DNA from: Paramoeba atlantica
Taxonomy: Eukaryota > Protista > Discosea
Reading direction: 5' to 3'
DNA length: 64,000 bases
Assembly (NCBI GenBank): GCA_977017575.1
Contig: CDRNVI010000200.1
Location: 1 to 64,000 of the forward strand
Shown here piece after piece: positions 11,400-24,057 of this stretch; positions within the stretch are counted from its first letter, which is position 1, and every line of letters starts with the position of its first letter. The notes below the pieces were generated by a model that was not told the origin of the DNA, did no database searches, and saw nothing but the letters and a program-made list of their open reading frames with translations. The translations under genes were made by a program, and so were the position numbers.

Positions 11400-14300
11400 C
11401 TCTTCTCTTTCTTTTTCTTCTCTTTTCTCTTTTCTCTTTTCTCTCTCTTCTCTTTCATTCTTATTAACCTTCTTTGGTACAGAGGAATATTTTTGGGTGG
11501 TTCAAATCTCAAATGAATTAAAATTAATTGTTTCCAAAGTTTCTCCTCTTTTTCTTTTTCTTTTTCTTTTTTTTTCTCTGTTTTTCTTCCCTTTTGATTG
11601 ACTAAAATATCCTTTTTCTTCTTCTCTTTTCTTCTTTTCTCTTTTTCTTCTTCTTTCTTTCTCAGAAAGCATGTATGCACACATGAGAGAAGTTCTTATT
11701 TGTAAATAAATGTTACTGATAATATCAAAAGGGTTATGTTTCTAAGATTTCTCTTCTCTTCTCTTCCCTTCTCTTCTCCTCTCCTCTCCTCTCTCCCTCT
11801 CTCCTCTCTTTTTCTTCTCTTCTCTTCTCTTCTCTTCTCTCTCTTTTTTCTCTTTTTTCTCTTCAAGGAATTATTTTTCTCATCCTTTTTTCTCTTTTCT
11901 TTTTCTCTTTTTTTTTCTTTTCATTTTCTTTCTTTATTCTTTGTTCTTTTCTCTTTTTTCATTCTCTCTTCTCTCTCTCTCTCTCTTTCTTTTCTCTTCT
12001 CTTCTCTTCTCTTTCCACTCTTCATTCTTTAAAATATTTTATTTGATAAAATAGAAAATGAAACTGATGAAATGATTTAATAATTTAATTTCCTTCTCTC
12101 CATAGAGAAAAGGTTTTTTTCTTTTCTTTTTTTTCTTTTTCTATTCTTATTTTTCTTTTTCTCTCTCTCTTTCTTTCTTTCATGCACATAAAACTGAGAA
12201 AAATATATTTCTGAAAAATTAAAAGGTTTTTTTTCTCTCTCTTCTTTCTCTGTTTTTTTTTTTCTTCTCTTCTCTCCTCTCTTCTCCTCTCCTCTCCTCT
12301 CCTCTCCTCTCCTTTTTTCTTATTTTTATTTTTATTTTTATTTTTGTTTTTTAATATTTTTTGTCCTACTGAACAAAAAGAAAAATGTTTTCTTTGGTTT
12401 TTTCTCATTTTTTTATTTTTATTTTCTCTTCTTTCAATTTCTTTTCTTTTAAATCTTTGTTTGATTCATTACTCCTTACTTTTAAATTGGACTCTATTCT
12501 TGTTCTCTTTTTTTCTGGTTTTTTCTTTTTTCTCTCTCTCTTCTCTTTCTCTTTCTTTTTCTTTCTCTCCACCAAAAATAATCTTAGTTCTTTTCCTTCT
12601 TCTCTCTTCTCTCTCTTTTCTCTCTTTTCTCTTTTCTTCTTTCTCTTCTCTCTCTTCTCTCTCTTCTTCCCTCTTCTCTCTCTCTTCTCTCTCTTTCCTC
12701 TTCCCCTCTTCCTCCTTCTCTCTTTTTTCTTCCTTTTCTTTCTTTCTTTTTCTTTCTTTTTCTTTTCCCCTTTTTTTCTTTCTCTCTCTTTCTCTCTTTC
12801 TTCTCTTTTTCTTTCATTCTTCTTTCTCTCTCTCTCTCTCTCTCTCTCTCAGATTTGAATTTGGAGATCAATCTTTTTTGGTGCCTCTTGCAAAAAGTAT
12901 GAATGTGTTTATGATTCTGAAATGCAATATTTATGAAGGTCTTTTCTCTTTCTCTCTCTCTTTCTCTTTTTTCTTTTTTCTTTCTCTTTTTTCTTTCTCT
13001 TTCTTCTTTCTTCTTTTTTCTTTCTTCTTTTTTCTTTCTTCTTCTCTTTTCTCTCCCTCTCCCTCTCTTGATTTTTTATTTTCTTGAGTGTGTATGTTTA
13101 AATTAACAAATTTTCTCTTTTCTTTCTTTTTCTTCTTTTTTCTCTCTTCTCTTTTTTCTCTTCTCTTCTCTTCTCTTCTCTTCTTTGTTCTCTCTATTTC
13201 TCTTCTCTTTTTCTTCTTATCTCTTTCTTCTCTTCTCTTCTCTTCTCTTCTCTTCTCTTCTCTTCTCTTCTCTTCTCTTCTCTTCTCTTTTCTCCTCTTC
13301 TCAAGGGATTATTTTTCTAATCCTCTTTTCTCTTTTTTTCCCTTCCTCTCCTCTCCCCCTAATCTCTTCTCTCTTTTCTTTTTCTCCAGATGTGTATGCA
13401 ACAAAGAGAATATTAACTGAGGTGGGGATTGTTTTTAGTGGAGAAGTGACTCTCCTGGTTCTTTTTTTCTCTCTTTCTTTCTCCTCTTCCTCTCCTCTTC
13501 CTCTCCTCTTCCTCCTCTTTCTCCTCTCTCTCCCTCTCTCCCTCTCCCCTCTCCCCTCTCCCCTCTCTCCTCTCTTTCCTCTCTTTCTTTTCTCTTTAAA
13601 ATAATAAATAATAATAATAATTTTCTTATAGAATGTGTGTGAACCACCCTAAACCCTTATCTTCTGTTTTGAAGCATAAGGATTGGTCTTTTCAAGTTAA
13701 AAAAGCAATAGTTCTTTTCTCTCTTCTCTCTTTCTGTTCTCTTTTTGTTCTCTTCTCTCTTTCTTTCTCTTTTTTTTCTCTCTCTCTTCTCTTTTCTTTT
13801 CTTTTCTTCTCTCTTTTCTCTTTTCTTCTTTTTTCTTTTCTTTTTCTCTTTTTCTTTCAGTCAATAACAAAAAAATAAAATAGATTCTGATTAATAAAAT
13901 CAGAGGAGAAAGATATCATCATAGTATTACAACAAGGTTTTTTTTAATTTTCTCTTTCTTTCTCTCTTTTTCTTTCTTTTTTCTCTTTTTTTTTTCTTTC
14001 TTTTTCTTTCTTTTTCTTTCTTTTTCTTTTTCTTTCTCTTTTTCTTTCTCTCTTTCCTCTTCCCCTCTCTTTCTTTCTCTCTTCTCTTTTCCTCCTTCTC
14101 TCTTTTTTTTTTTCATAATGGTTCTCACTTTTCTTTCTTTTTTCTTTTTCTTTTCTCTTTTTTCTTTCTCTCTCTTTCCCTCTTTCTCTCTCTCTTCTCT
14201 TTTTCTTTCTTTCTTTTTTCTCTCTCTCTCTCTTTCTTAGATTTGAATTTGGAAATCAATTTTTTTTTAGTGCAAAAAGTATGAATGTGCTTATGATTCT

Positions 14301-15110
14301 GAAATGCAATATTTATAAAGGTCTTTTCTCTCTCTCATCTTTCTCTTTCTCTCTTTCTCTTTCTTCTTTCTCTTTTTCTCTTTCTTCTTTCTTCTTTTTT
14401 CTTCTTTTTTCTTTTCTTTTTCTTTTCTTCTTTTCTTTTTTTTTTTTTTTTTCCTTTTTAATTCACTTTCATTGAATATGATAATATGGTATTTTTGTGA
14501 GTTTTTTCTTTTTCAACTTTCTTAAACACAAAAAAGACAATAATACAGAAAGGTTTTTTTTTTCTTTCTCTTCTTTTTTTTCTTTTTTCTTTTTTCTTTT
14601 TTTTTTGAGATACTTTTTATTTAAGTGAATCATTAATCCTTCCCTACCCACCTTGAATTTGATGCTCTTTTTCTCTCTCTCTCTCTGTGTGTGTATGTGT
14701 GTTCTCTTCACATTGATTGATTATTGGTTTTTCTTTCTTTCTTTTTCTTTCTTTTTTTTTCTCTCTTCTTTTCTTTTCTTCTCCTTTTTCTCTCCAATGC
14801 TCTCTCTTTCTCCCTTTCTTTTCTTTCTTTCTTTTTCTTTTTTTCTCACTTAAATTCTCTTTTTCATTTTATTCCAGGATTTGTGAAATATCTTTTTAAT
14901 CTTCAAAAAGATTCAGTTTTCATTTCAATAATTCTGTGCACAATACACAACACTCCTCTTCATTTCAAAGGAGGTAACAATTTAATTCTTTTTCTTTTTT
15001 TTTCTTTTTCTTTCTCTCTTCTATCTTCTCTTTCTTTTTCTCTTCTCTCTTCTCTTCTCTTTTTCTCTTTTTCTCTTTCTCTTTTTTTTTCTTTTTTTCT
15101 TTCTATTCCT
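11400..15110 (+). repeat. CT-microsatellite-rich region with duplicated AG..GT-bounded pseudo-exons
   Basis: Near-identical ~90-bp blocks ag|atttgaatttgga...tatttatRaag|gt at about 12852-12940 and 14241-14320. Other exon-like islands at about 13390-13457 and 13632-13710. Confidence 0.55.
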
Positions 15111-15189
15111 TTCTCTTACAACCATCTATTTTAAATAAAAATCTCTTTCATTAAAAAAAAAAAAAAAATGATTTCCTTAAAAAATAAGC

Positions 15190-16464
15190 AATCTCCAATG
15201 TTTTTGTTAAGTTTAAAGCCAAACTTAACACTGAGTGGAAGATTGCAGAAACAAAAAACCTATCCTTTCACCAACTCCTCACTAGGCTCACCAATCTACT
15301 CCTAGAATCCAACGACTCAACAGCTCTCAAGTATCAAAAGAAGCTCACCAGCTATCAGTTTCAAGAAAACAAAAAAAAGATAATTCAAAATGATAACTTT
15401 ATTCTACTGTAAGCTATGCTTTGAGAGAATGAAGCTGACCCAATTTCTCATGTGTGGATGATAGCTTACCCAAATTCTAAAGGAGAAGATACTCACTACA
15501 ATAAACCAGATTTTTTGAGTGCTGAGGAGTATTGCTTTGCTTATTGGTGCTGCTTTAACATCACAGATCCCACCCTTTTGTCTCTCTCAAGTCAAAGCAC
15601 TGTTACTTGCAAGGCCTGCTCCAAACTTGTATCAAGTTCCCTTCACCTCTTTGACTGTGTGAAATATAACCAAAGTATGAATGATAAGCATCATTATTTT
15701 GTGAAACAACTTCTCCAAATCTCCAAACTTGTACAATTTGATGTGGTTCCAGATGACCATTTCTCTTCTATTGGTCATTGCAACAAGAAACCAGACTTAA
15801 CTTTCAAACATTGGCAAGGTGGGAAACACTTATGTCTGGATACTATAGTCATTTCAACCCAAGGCAGGAATGCAATATTTAGGTTTCAAGGTATGACAAC
15901 AGGCACATCAAATATGTGCAACCTCAGGAATCCACTTGCAATTCCACACATGGTGAGAATCTGAAAGCTGAATGAATATCTATTAGAACACTTACACATC
16001 AAAATGTTGAATGCAGGAAGAGATAACAATACCTCTGAAGAAGTAAGGACCTTTAAAGAAATTAAATTGTTCAACTCTTCAAGTGTGGAAGTTCTCTTTC
16101 TTTTTATTTTAACTTCATCAAGCAATGCAGTTTCACCAAATGTAACAAACTTCTTGAAGTGTATTACCTCTGAGGTTTTGCAAAAAGGTATGATATTAAA
16201 TCAAGATCTCTATTGAACCTTCTTGCAATATACACAGCAATGACTCTCTATTGCACTCATTGGCAGTATGGTGAGAAACATGAAATCTATTTAGTAAGGT
16301 CTTTACATTTCTTCTTTTTCTCCTTCTCTTAACAATCTACCATAACAAACTCTGTACTTTAAGGAGCAAAGTTTTTAAGTGCTTCTCTTTAAAGATATTC
16401 AAAATGTTTTATCTTTCTTTTTTTTCTTTGTTTACAATTAAAATAAATTAGAAAATTAAAAAAA

Positions 16465-16508
<44 letters not shown>
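15190..16508 (+). mobile_element. 5'-truncated, degenerate non-LTR retrotransposon of CRE-like (restriction-like endonuclease) type with poly(A) tail
   Basis: Translation gives SHVWMIAYP..LSAEEYCFAY, a CCHC-like knuckle CKAC..(10)..HLFDC, KPDL...LDTIV (PD-(D/E)xK RLE), then FILTSSSNAVSPNVTNFLKCI and QQ*LSIAL. Ends in a long A run at about 16470-16508. No RT domain remains. Confidence 0.82.
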
Positions 16509-16510
<2 letters not shown>

Positions 16511-16614
16511 AAATTTTTTTTTTTTATTTGCTTCAAAAAACAAGTTTAAACAAATAAACAAAAAAAACTACAGCCTAAACCCTAATTATTTAAAAAAATA
16601 TCAAAAAAAAGAAA

Positions 16615-16935
16615 CTGAACCCCTAACCCATCACATCACATTGTGCTTTATTTGAGAGAAAAATAGGCTTCTTTGGATACAGTAAATCACAAGAGAATAA
16701 GATGATATCATTTTCAATAAATAAAGAACAGTTTCTGAAGGAAAAAACAATAAACCCAAAATTATTTAAATATTATTTAAAAAAATACTAGAAAAAAGAA
16801 ACAAAACCCCTCACATCACATCACATTGTGCTTTATCTGAGAGAAAAATAGGATTCTTTGAATAGAGTAAATCACAAGGGAATAAGACGATGTAATTTTC
16901 AATGATAAAGAACAGTTTCTAAAGAAAAAAACAAT
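16615..16935. repeat. Tandem duplication of a ~190-bp unit
   Basis: tcacatcacattgtgctttat.tgagagaaaaatagg...taaagaacagtttct occurs at about 16630 and 16815. Confidence 0.85.
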
Positions 16936-16959
16936 TAAAATAACAACGATAATTGGTAA

Positions 16960-19900
16960 AGGTGAAAAAATTATCGCTTCAAACCTTATCAATTAAAACC
17001 CCAACAAACACACACACACAGGTGAGAGAGAGAGAACTCTGAAGAAAGAGAAAAGAAAAAAGATTAGTGTTAAAAAAGGAAGGAAGGGGAGGAGGGAAAG
17101 GGGAGGGATAAAATGAATGTGGTAATCTTTATAATACATGCACACATCATTGATATTTGACAAACAACCTCTCAATAATCGATAAGGGTTTAGGGTGTCC
17201 ATTCACCTTGCAATCCAACACACACAAACACTTTCGTGCACAACACTCTCAACACTCTCCAAGAGTGTGCTTTGGGAGAGCAAAACATAGCCAGGACCAA
17301 AAAATGGAGCCCACACCAGCAAGTTAGAGAAAGGCACTGGTTTGTCAAAGTAAAATCATGCACAGTTAATCCCAACTACTTCCAAGGAGGAAACTCACAG
17401 GGGTTCCAGAGTTCCATCGAAAAATCCCAACTTCAAACCCAAAAAGAGACAACCAAAAAAAAAAAACAGCAAAAAGGGTGTCCCTCCCTTGGTGTGTCCC
17501 TTCTGAGAAAAACAGAAACTGACTGGAGAAAGAAAGGGGTTTCATTGAATGGAGGGGGAAATATGAGGGGAAAAACACAAAGAAAAAGAATCAAAGAAAA
17601 CATATATGACCAAAAACAAACACTAAAACCTCTGATGAAATTCACAACAACAACAACATGATGGTGGAAGTGAGGTGATAGAGCACAGAGCAGGGGGGGC
17701 ATCCTCCGACAAACTCAACAATCAGACATTAACAAAAACAAACTCTCGGTTTAAGTTCTCCTTTTATATTAAGAATTCTATGAATTTCCAACAAACATCT
17801 TAACAACAAAGGAACAATACAACAGCAATTTGTGATGAAACACAAATAAAGACCATCCAAAACGCTCCCTAAACCCTTTTGGGAAAACCCGAAGGAAACA
17901 CACAAAACAACACATCAAATCAGGAAGCATCTTTGTGAGTCGCAACACACACACACACTTTGATATTTTTAACAAACAATCTCTCGATATATTGATAAAG
18001 GGTTTTAGGCTGTCCATTCACCTTACGATTGGTGGGGGGAGGGGATATGGCAGGAAGGAACTAAAAGGGAAAGAGAAAAGGAAAAGATTAGTGTTCAAAG
18101 GAATGAAGGAGGGATAGAAGAAAAAAAAGAGGAAGAGAATAAAAGAAAACAAACATAACAGTTATGCAATGATGGTGGTGGAGATCAATGGCAATCTTTG
18201 TGACATATTTGATAAACAATCTCTCGATATATTGATAATATTGGTGTCCATTCACTTTGCAATCCAACACACAAACTCTTACCTCAATTAAAACACCTCA
18301 CAAACCTGATGAGAACTGAAAGAGAAAAGAGAAAAGAGAAAAAAGAAAAGAGAAAGGATTTCGTTCAGTTCAATGTAAGGGGGAAAAGGGAAGAAATACA
18401 AAGCAAAACAAAAACAAAACAAAAACAAAAATAAAACCAATGAATTTTACAACAATATATTATTATAGAAGTTGGTGTGGATCAATTAAAACAAAAAAAA
18501 AACAGAGAACTGCCAGTTCAAAAAACAAAAAAAGAGAGAGAGAGAAAACCAGATGATTGTTTGGGGCTTTTGAAAAATTATTGTCGAATATTTTAGGAAC
18601 AACACGTCATGAAACAGCAGCACACTTCCAGAACACAAAAAGTCAAGAAATTATCCAACAATAACAATGACATCTCTCTTTTTTAAAAAAAAAAAACATA
18701 ATCAAGAAAAAAGAGAGAAAAGAGAGGGAAAAGAGAGGGAAAAGAGAGGAAAAAGAGAAAAGAAAAAGAAAACCAGAAAAGGAGAGTGAACATACAACAA
18801 AGCCTTTGAAGAAGAGAAACATGATTCTTTTTTTTAACAAATATATTTACTTGCTGATTACAAAACTCATCTCCCTTCAAAAAAAAAAATCAGTTTGGAA
18901 CAACAATTAAAAGAAAAGAAAAAGAAAGAGAAAGAGAAAAAAGAAGAAAAGAAAGAAAAGAAAAGAAAACCAAAAAAAACATTGTAAAAACTGTTCAAAC
19001 TAAGGAAACAAAATTTTAGAATCTTATTTGGTGAGAAGAAAGAGAACAAAAAGGACACATCAAGAGGAGGGGGTAAGAGAAAACAAAAAGAAAACAGAAA
19101 CAAAAAAGAAATGATCTATCAATCGTCAAACGAATGGAGAGAAAAGACAGTCAAACCAAAAAAAAATCAAAACAACCACCTTTTATCATGAAAAGGAGGG
19201 GGGAAACACAAAGAAGGAGGAGAATAAAAGAAAACAAAAAAAAAAGAAAACAAACACTAAACACCATGATTCGCAATAATAATAATTGATAATGGCGAGA
19301 TATTATCGCTTCAAACCTTATCAATTAAAACCCCAACAAACACCCACAAGCAAGAGAGAGAGAGAACTCTGGAGAAAGAGAAAAGAGAAAAGATTAGTGT
19401 TAAAAGGAATGAGGGGGAGAGAGGGAGGAAAAAGAGGAAGAGAATAAAAGAAAACAAACCCTTCATATAACAATGCAACAATGATGATGGAAATCAATGG
19501 TTTCTTTGTGACACACACTACTGATATATTGACAAACAATCTCTCTTAATATTGAGGCAATTCAACACACAAACACTTTTGCATGCAACAACAACACTCC
19601 CCAAGAGCTCTTTGCAACGCAACAGCAAAGTGTATTGCTTGATTATCACCCAAAACCCTTTCAATTAAGACCCACATCTTGAATGTGGGAATAGCAGCAG
19701 CAGGAATAAGTGGTTTTAAAATCCTTATCAATTAAAACACCTCACAAACCCTGATGAGAACTGAAAGAGAAAAGAGAAAAGAGAAAAGAGAAAAGAGAAA
19801 AGAGAAAGGATTTTGTTCAGTTTGACAGAAAGAAATACAAAACAAAACAAAAACAAAACAAAAACAAAAATAAAACCAATGAATTTTATAATAATATATT

Positions 19901-20640
19901 ATTGAGGTGGTGGATCAATCAAAACAAAAAAAAAAAACAGAGAACTGCTAGTTCAAAAAACAGAAAAAGAGAGAAGAAAGAGAAAGAAAACCAGATGATT
20001 GTTTGGGGTTTTTGAAAAATTATTGTTGAATATTCGGAACAACACATGTTGTGAAACAGCAGCACACTTGCATAATACAAGAAGTCAAAAAATCATCCAT
20101 CAACAATGATGACATTCTCTCTCTTTTAAAAAAAACATAATTAGAAAAAAAGAGATAAAAGAGAGAAGGAGAGAGGAAAGATAAAAGAAAACCAGAAAAG
20201 GAGAGTGAACACACACAACAAAGCCATTGAAGAAAAGAAATATGATTCTTTTTTTTTTAACAAATATATTTATTTCCTGATTACAAAACTCATTCTCCCT
20301 TTGAAAAAAAATCAGTTTGGAATGACCAATTAAAAGAAAAGAAAAAAAAAAAAAAAAAAAAAAGAAATGAAAGAAAAGAAAAGAACGGAAAAAAACTTGG
20401 TAAAAACTGTTTGAACCAAAGAAACAAAATTTCAGAATCTTATTTGGTGAGGAAAAAGAGAACAAAAAGTGCACCAAGAGGAGGGGGGCAGGAGGAAACA
20501 AAAAGAAAACAGAAACAAAAAAGAAATGATCTATTGTTGATCAAACGAACAGAGAGAAAAGAGAGAGAAAAGACGGTCAAACCAAAAAAAACAAAACAAC
20601 CACCTTTTCATGCAAAAAAGCAATTCATCATTTATTTTTA
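16960..20640. repeat. Subtelomeric segmental repeats, including a ~1.44-kb duplication
   Basis: caattaaaacacctcacaaac..tgatgagaactgaaagag at 18285 and 19729 with colinear downstream sequence. ttatcgcttcaaaccttatcaattaaaaccccaac at about 16972 and 19303. acaaacaaYctctc motif four times. Confidence 0.8.
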
Positions 20641-20840
20641 GCACTCTAAAATATATGTCAGCCTTTTTACTACCTTTCGGCTTTGGAGTAGATGAATTTT
20701 TATATTTTATTTTTTATGTTTTTTTCAATAAAACGAAAATAACAAAAATACTCACAAGAAAATCTGATTCGATATTTTGCCGCCTAAAAATCTTTTATTT
20801 TTTATATTTTTTTGTTTTTCGCCTTGAAAAACATGCTGTT

Positions 20841-23670
20841 GCTTGTTCGGGGGAGGGGAATGGAGGGAGTCACGGTCAGGGGGGCAAAGGGAAAAGACTT
20901 TTTTTTGCTTCTTTCAAACAACTCTTTTTTTGTTTTCTTTGTGTGTGTAAAAAAAAGAGAAAAAGAGTTGATCTTGATGAGGTGAGAGATCGCTTCAAAG
21001 ACTACACGCGGAGAGAGAGGAAGGAAGAATTGTGGTGTGGATTGCTCAGAACATTATCCCTCCCCTATGTGATCAGGTTTTTCTTTGTTTCCTCTCAGTG
21101 TTTTTTTTTTTTTTTTGGTCCTTTCTCTCCTCTTTTCCCCCCCTTTTTTTTTGGTTTTTGATCTCTTTTCCTTTTGTTTGTGTGTCTTTTGTTTGTGTGT
21201 CTTTTGTTTGTGTGTCTTTTGTTTGTGTGTCTTTTGTTCGCCACCCTAAACCCTTGTTTGTCACACTTGTTTTTGTCATATTTATTTTTCCTTTCTTGGG
21301 TATCATGATGGATGAGGCTTGAGATGTGGTTCTCTTCATCCTTTTGTTTGTTTTGTTTTTTTTATTTGTTCTTCTTTCTTTGTTCTTTTGTTCGTTCTTT
21401 TCTTTGTCTTTTTGTGTCCTCTTTGCTCTTCCTTTCCCCCCTTTTCCCCCTTCCCTTTCACTCTCCCTTCCCTAAACCCTTTTCTGTTGCGAACCCCTAC
21501 CTTGTTTTGTTGTCTTCTATTCATTTTGAAGTCTTTCTCACTGCTCTTTCCTGTCGAATCTCCCCCGTCAATTTTCCCCTCTTCTGTTTTTCTTCTGTCT
21601 CCTTTCTTACCTTTTCCTCAAAAATTTGTTTTCTCACTTTGATTGTTCTTTTTTATTTGGAGTGTTTTCCTCTTTTGTGTTTTTCCCTCTCTTTTGTCTT
21701 TCGTTGGTGCTCTCTGTACTCCTTCAACAACAACAACCCTGCCTGCTGTGTTTTGATTCATTTTTGTTTTTTGCCACATTTGATTTTTTTCTGTTTTCTC
21801 TCTTTGAATATTTCAAAACCCTATTCTTTCTTTCTTTTGTTGTTGTTGTTCCTTTTATTTGATATAAACCACACCTTCTGCTTTTTTGATTTGATCTTTG
21901 GATTGACTTTCATTTATTGTTTTGTTGTTTTTCTGTAGAGATTTCATCAATCCTCTGACATTTTCCCTTTCCCCTCCCCCCCAAATCTTCGCTTCCCCCT
22001 CTTTTCCTTTTCTCTTTTGTTGATATCTCCATCTTTACTCTAATAACCTTATTCTCTTTCTTCTCTCTTTCTAAACCTTTTTTTCTTTCAATAGAGTGTA
22101 GTTGTAGGGCAGAGGAAGTTTTTCTCCTAATTTGTCGTCATTGCAATCTTTTTCTCTTTCTTTTTTTTCAATCTCTTTTTTGCAAGTACTTTTTTCTTTT
22201 TTTTTTTCATTTTCTTTTCTCTTTCTCTCTTTTAAAGAAATAAAATAGAATGATCAATTATTGCTTGTTCAGGGGAAGGTGATGGAGGGAGTCAAAGTTA
22301 GGGGGGCAGCAAGGGGAAGAGACTTTTTTTTGCTTCTTTCATCAAACAACTCTTTTTTTGTTTTCTTTGTGTGTGTAAAAAAAAGAGAAAAAGAGTTGAT
22401 CTTGATGAGGTGAGAGATTGCTTCAAAAACCACATGCAGAGAGAGAGGAAGGAAGAATTGTGGTGTGGATTGCTCAGAACATTATCCCTCCCCTATGTGA
22501 TCAGGTTTTTCTTCTTTGTTTCCTCTCAGTGTTTTTTTTTTTTGTTTTGGTCCTTTCTCTCCTCTTCTCCTCCCTTTCCTTTTTTTTTTTGGTTTTTGAT
22601 TTCTTTTCCTTTTGTTTGTGTGTCTTTTGTTCGCTACCCTAAACCCTTGTTCATCACACTTGTTTTTGTCATGTTTATTTTTCCTTTCTTGGGTATCATG
22701 ATGGATGAGGCTTGAGATGCGGTTCTCTTCATCCTTTTGTTTGTCTTGTCTTTTTTATTTGTTCTTCTTTCTTTGTTCTTTTGTTCGTTCTTTTCTTTAT
22801 CTTTTTGTGTCCTCTTTGCTCTTCCTTTTTCCCCTTTTTCCCCTTTCCCTTTCCACCTTATTCTGTATTTCAAACCTCTACCTTGTTCTGTTGTTTTCTA
22901 TTCATTTTGAAGTCTTTCTCACTGCTCTTTCCTGTCGAATCTCCCCCTGGTTGATTCTCCCCTCTTTTGTTTTTCTCCTGTCTCCTTTCTTACCTTTTCC
23001 TCAAAAATTTGTGTTTTCTTCTCACTTTGATTGTTCTTTCTTATTTGAAGTGTTTTCCTCTTTTGTGTTTTTCCCTCTCTTTTGTCTTTCGTTGGTGCTT
23101 TGTGCTCCTTCAACCCTGCCTGCTGTGTTTTGATTCATCCTTTTGTTTTGTGCCACATTTGATTTTTTTCTGTGTTTTCTCTCTTTGAATATTTTCTCTT
23201 TTGTTCAAAACCCTATTCTTTCTTTCTTTCTTTTGTTGTTCCTTTTATTTAATATAAACCACACCTTCTGCTTTTTTTCAATTTGATCTTTGGATTGACT
23301 TTCATTTATTGTTTTGTTGTTTATTTTCTGTGGGGATCTCATCAATCCTCTAACATTTTCCCTTTCCCCCCCTCCCCTCCCCCCCCCCCCAAATCTTCAC
23401 TTCTCCCCTCTTTTCCTTTTCTCTTTCGTTGATATCTCCCCATCTTTACTCTAATAACCTTATTCTCTCTCTTCTCTCTTTTTAAATCTTTTTTTCTTTC
23501 AATAGAGTGTAGTTGTGGGGCAGAGGAAGTTTTTCTCCCCAAATTTGTCATCGTTGCAATCTTTTTCTCTCTCTTTTTTTTCAATCTCTTTTGCAAGTAC
23601 TTTTTTCTTTTTTTTTCATTTTCTTTTCTCTTTCTCTCTTTTAAAGAAATAAAATAGAATGACCAATTGC
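20841..23670. repeat. Direct tandem duplication of a ~1.42-kb unit
   Basis: 20841-22262 and 22263-23670 are colinear from gcttgttc..ggagggagtca to aaataaaatagaatga.caatt. Confidence 0.92.
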
Positions 23671-24057
23671 TGCTGCTGCTGTGTTGTTGTTGTGGTCAGA
23701 TGTCAACTATCACCCCATTTGCCTCTCCCTGAACAAAAATATCATTGCTTTTTGGAGTCATTTTTGAGTGCTGCTAAATTAGGTTTACTTCTTTTATGGT
23801 AATTAGTTGTTGTTGATTAATTATTTATTGTTCTTTGTTTATTCTTTGTGTGAAATTCTTATATATGAAAATTCTTAATATTTTGGGGATGATTATTTAT
23901 TGTTAATATTTAATATGTTATTTTTCTGTTGTATTATCAATCCATTTTTATTAAGGTTTTGCTTTCATATATTTGTTGCTCTTGAATAATATAACACCTC
24001 TCTTTGTTTTGGTTTGATTTCTGGTTGGTTCTTATTTTTTAATTTTTTATTTTTTTT

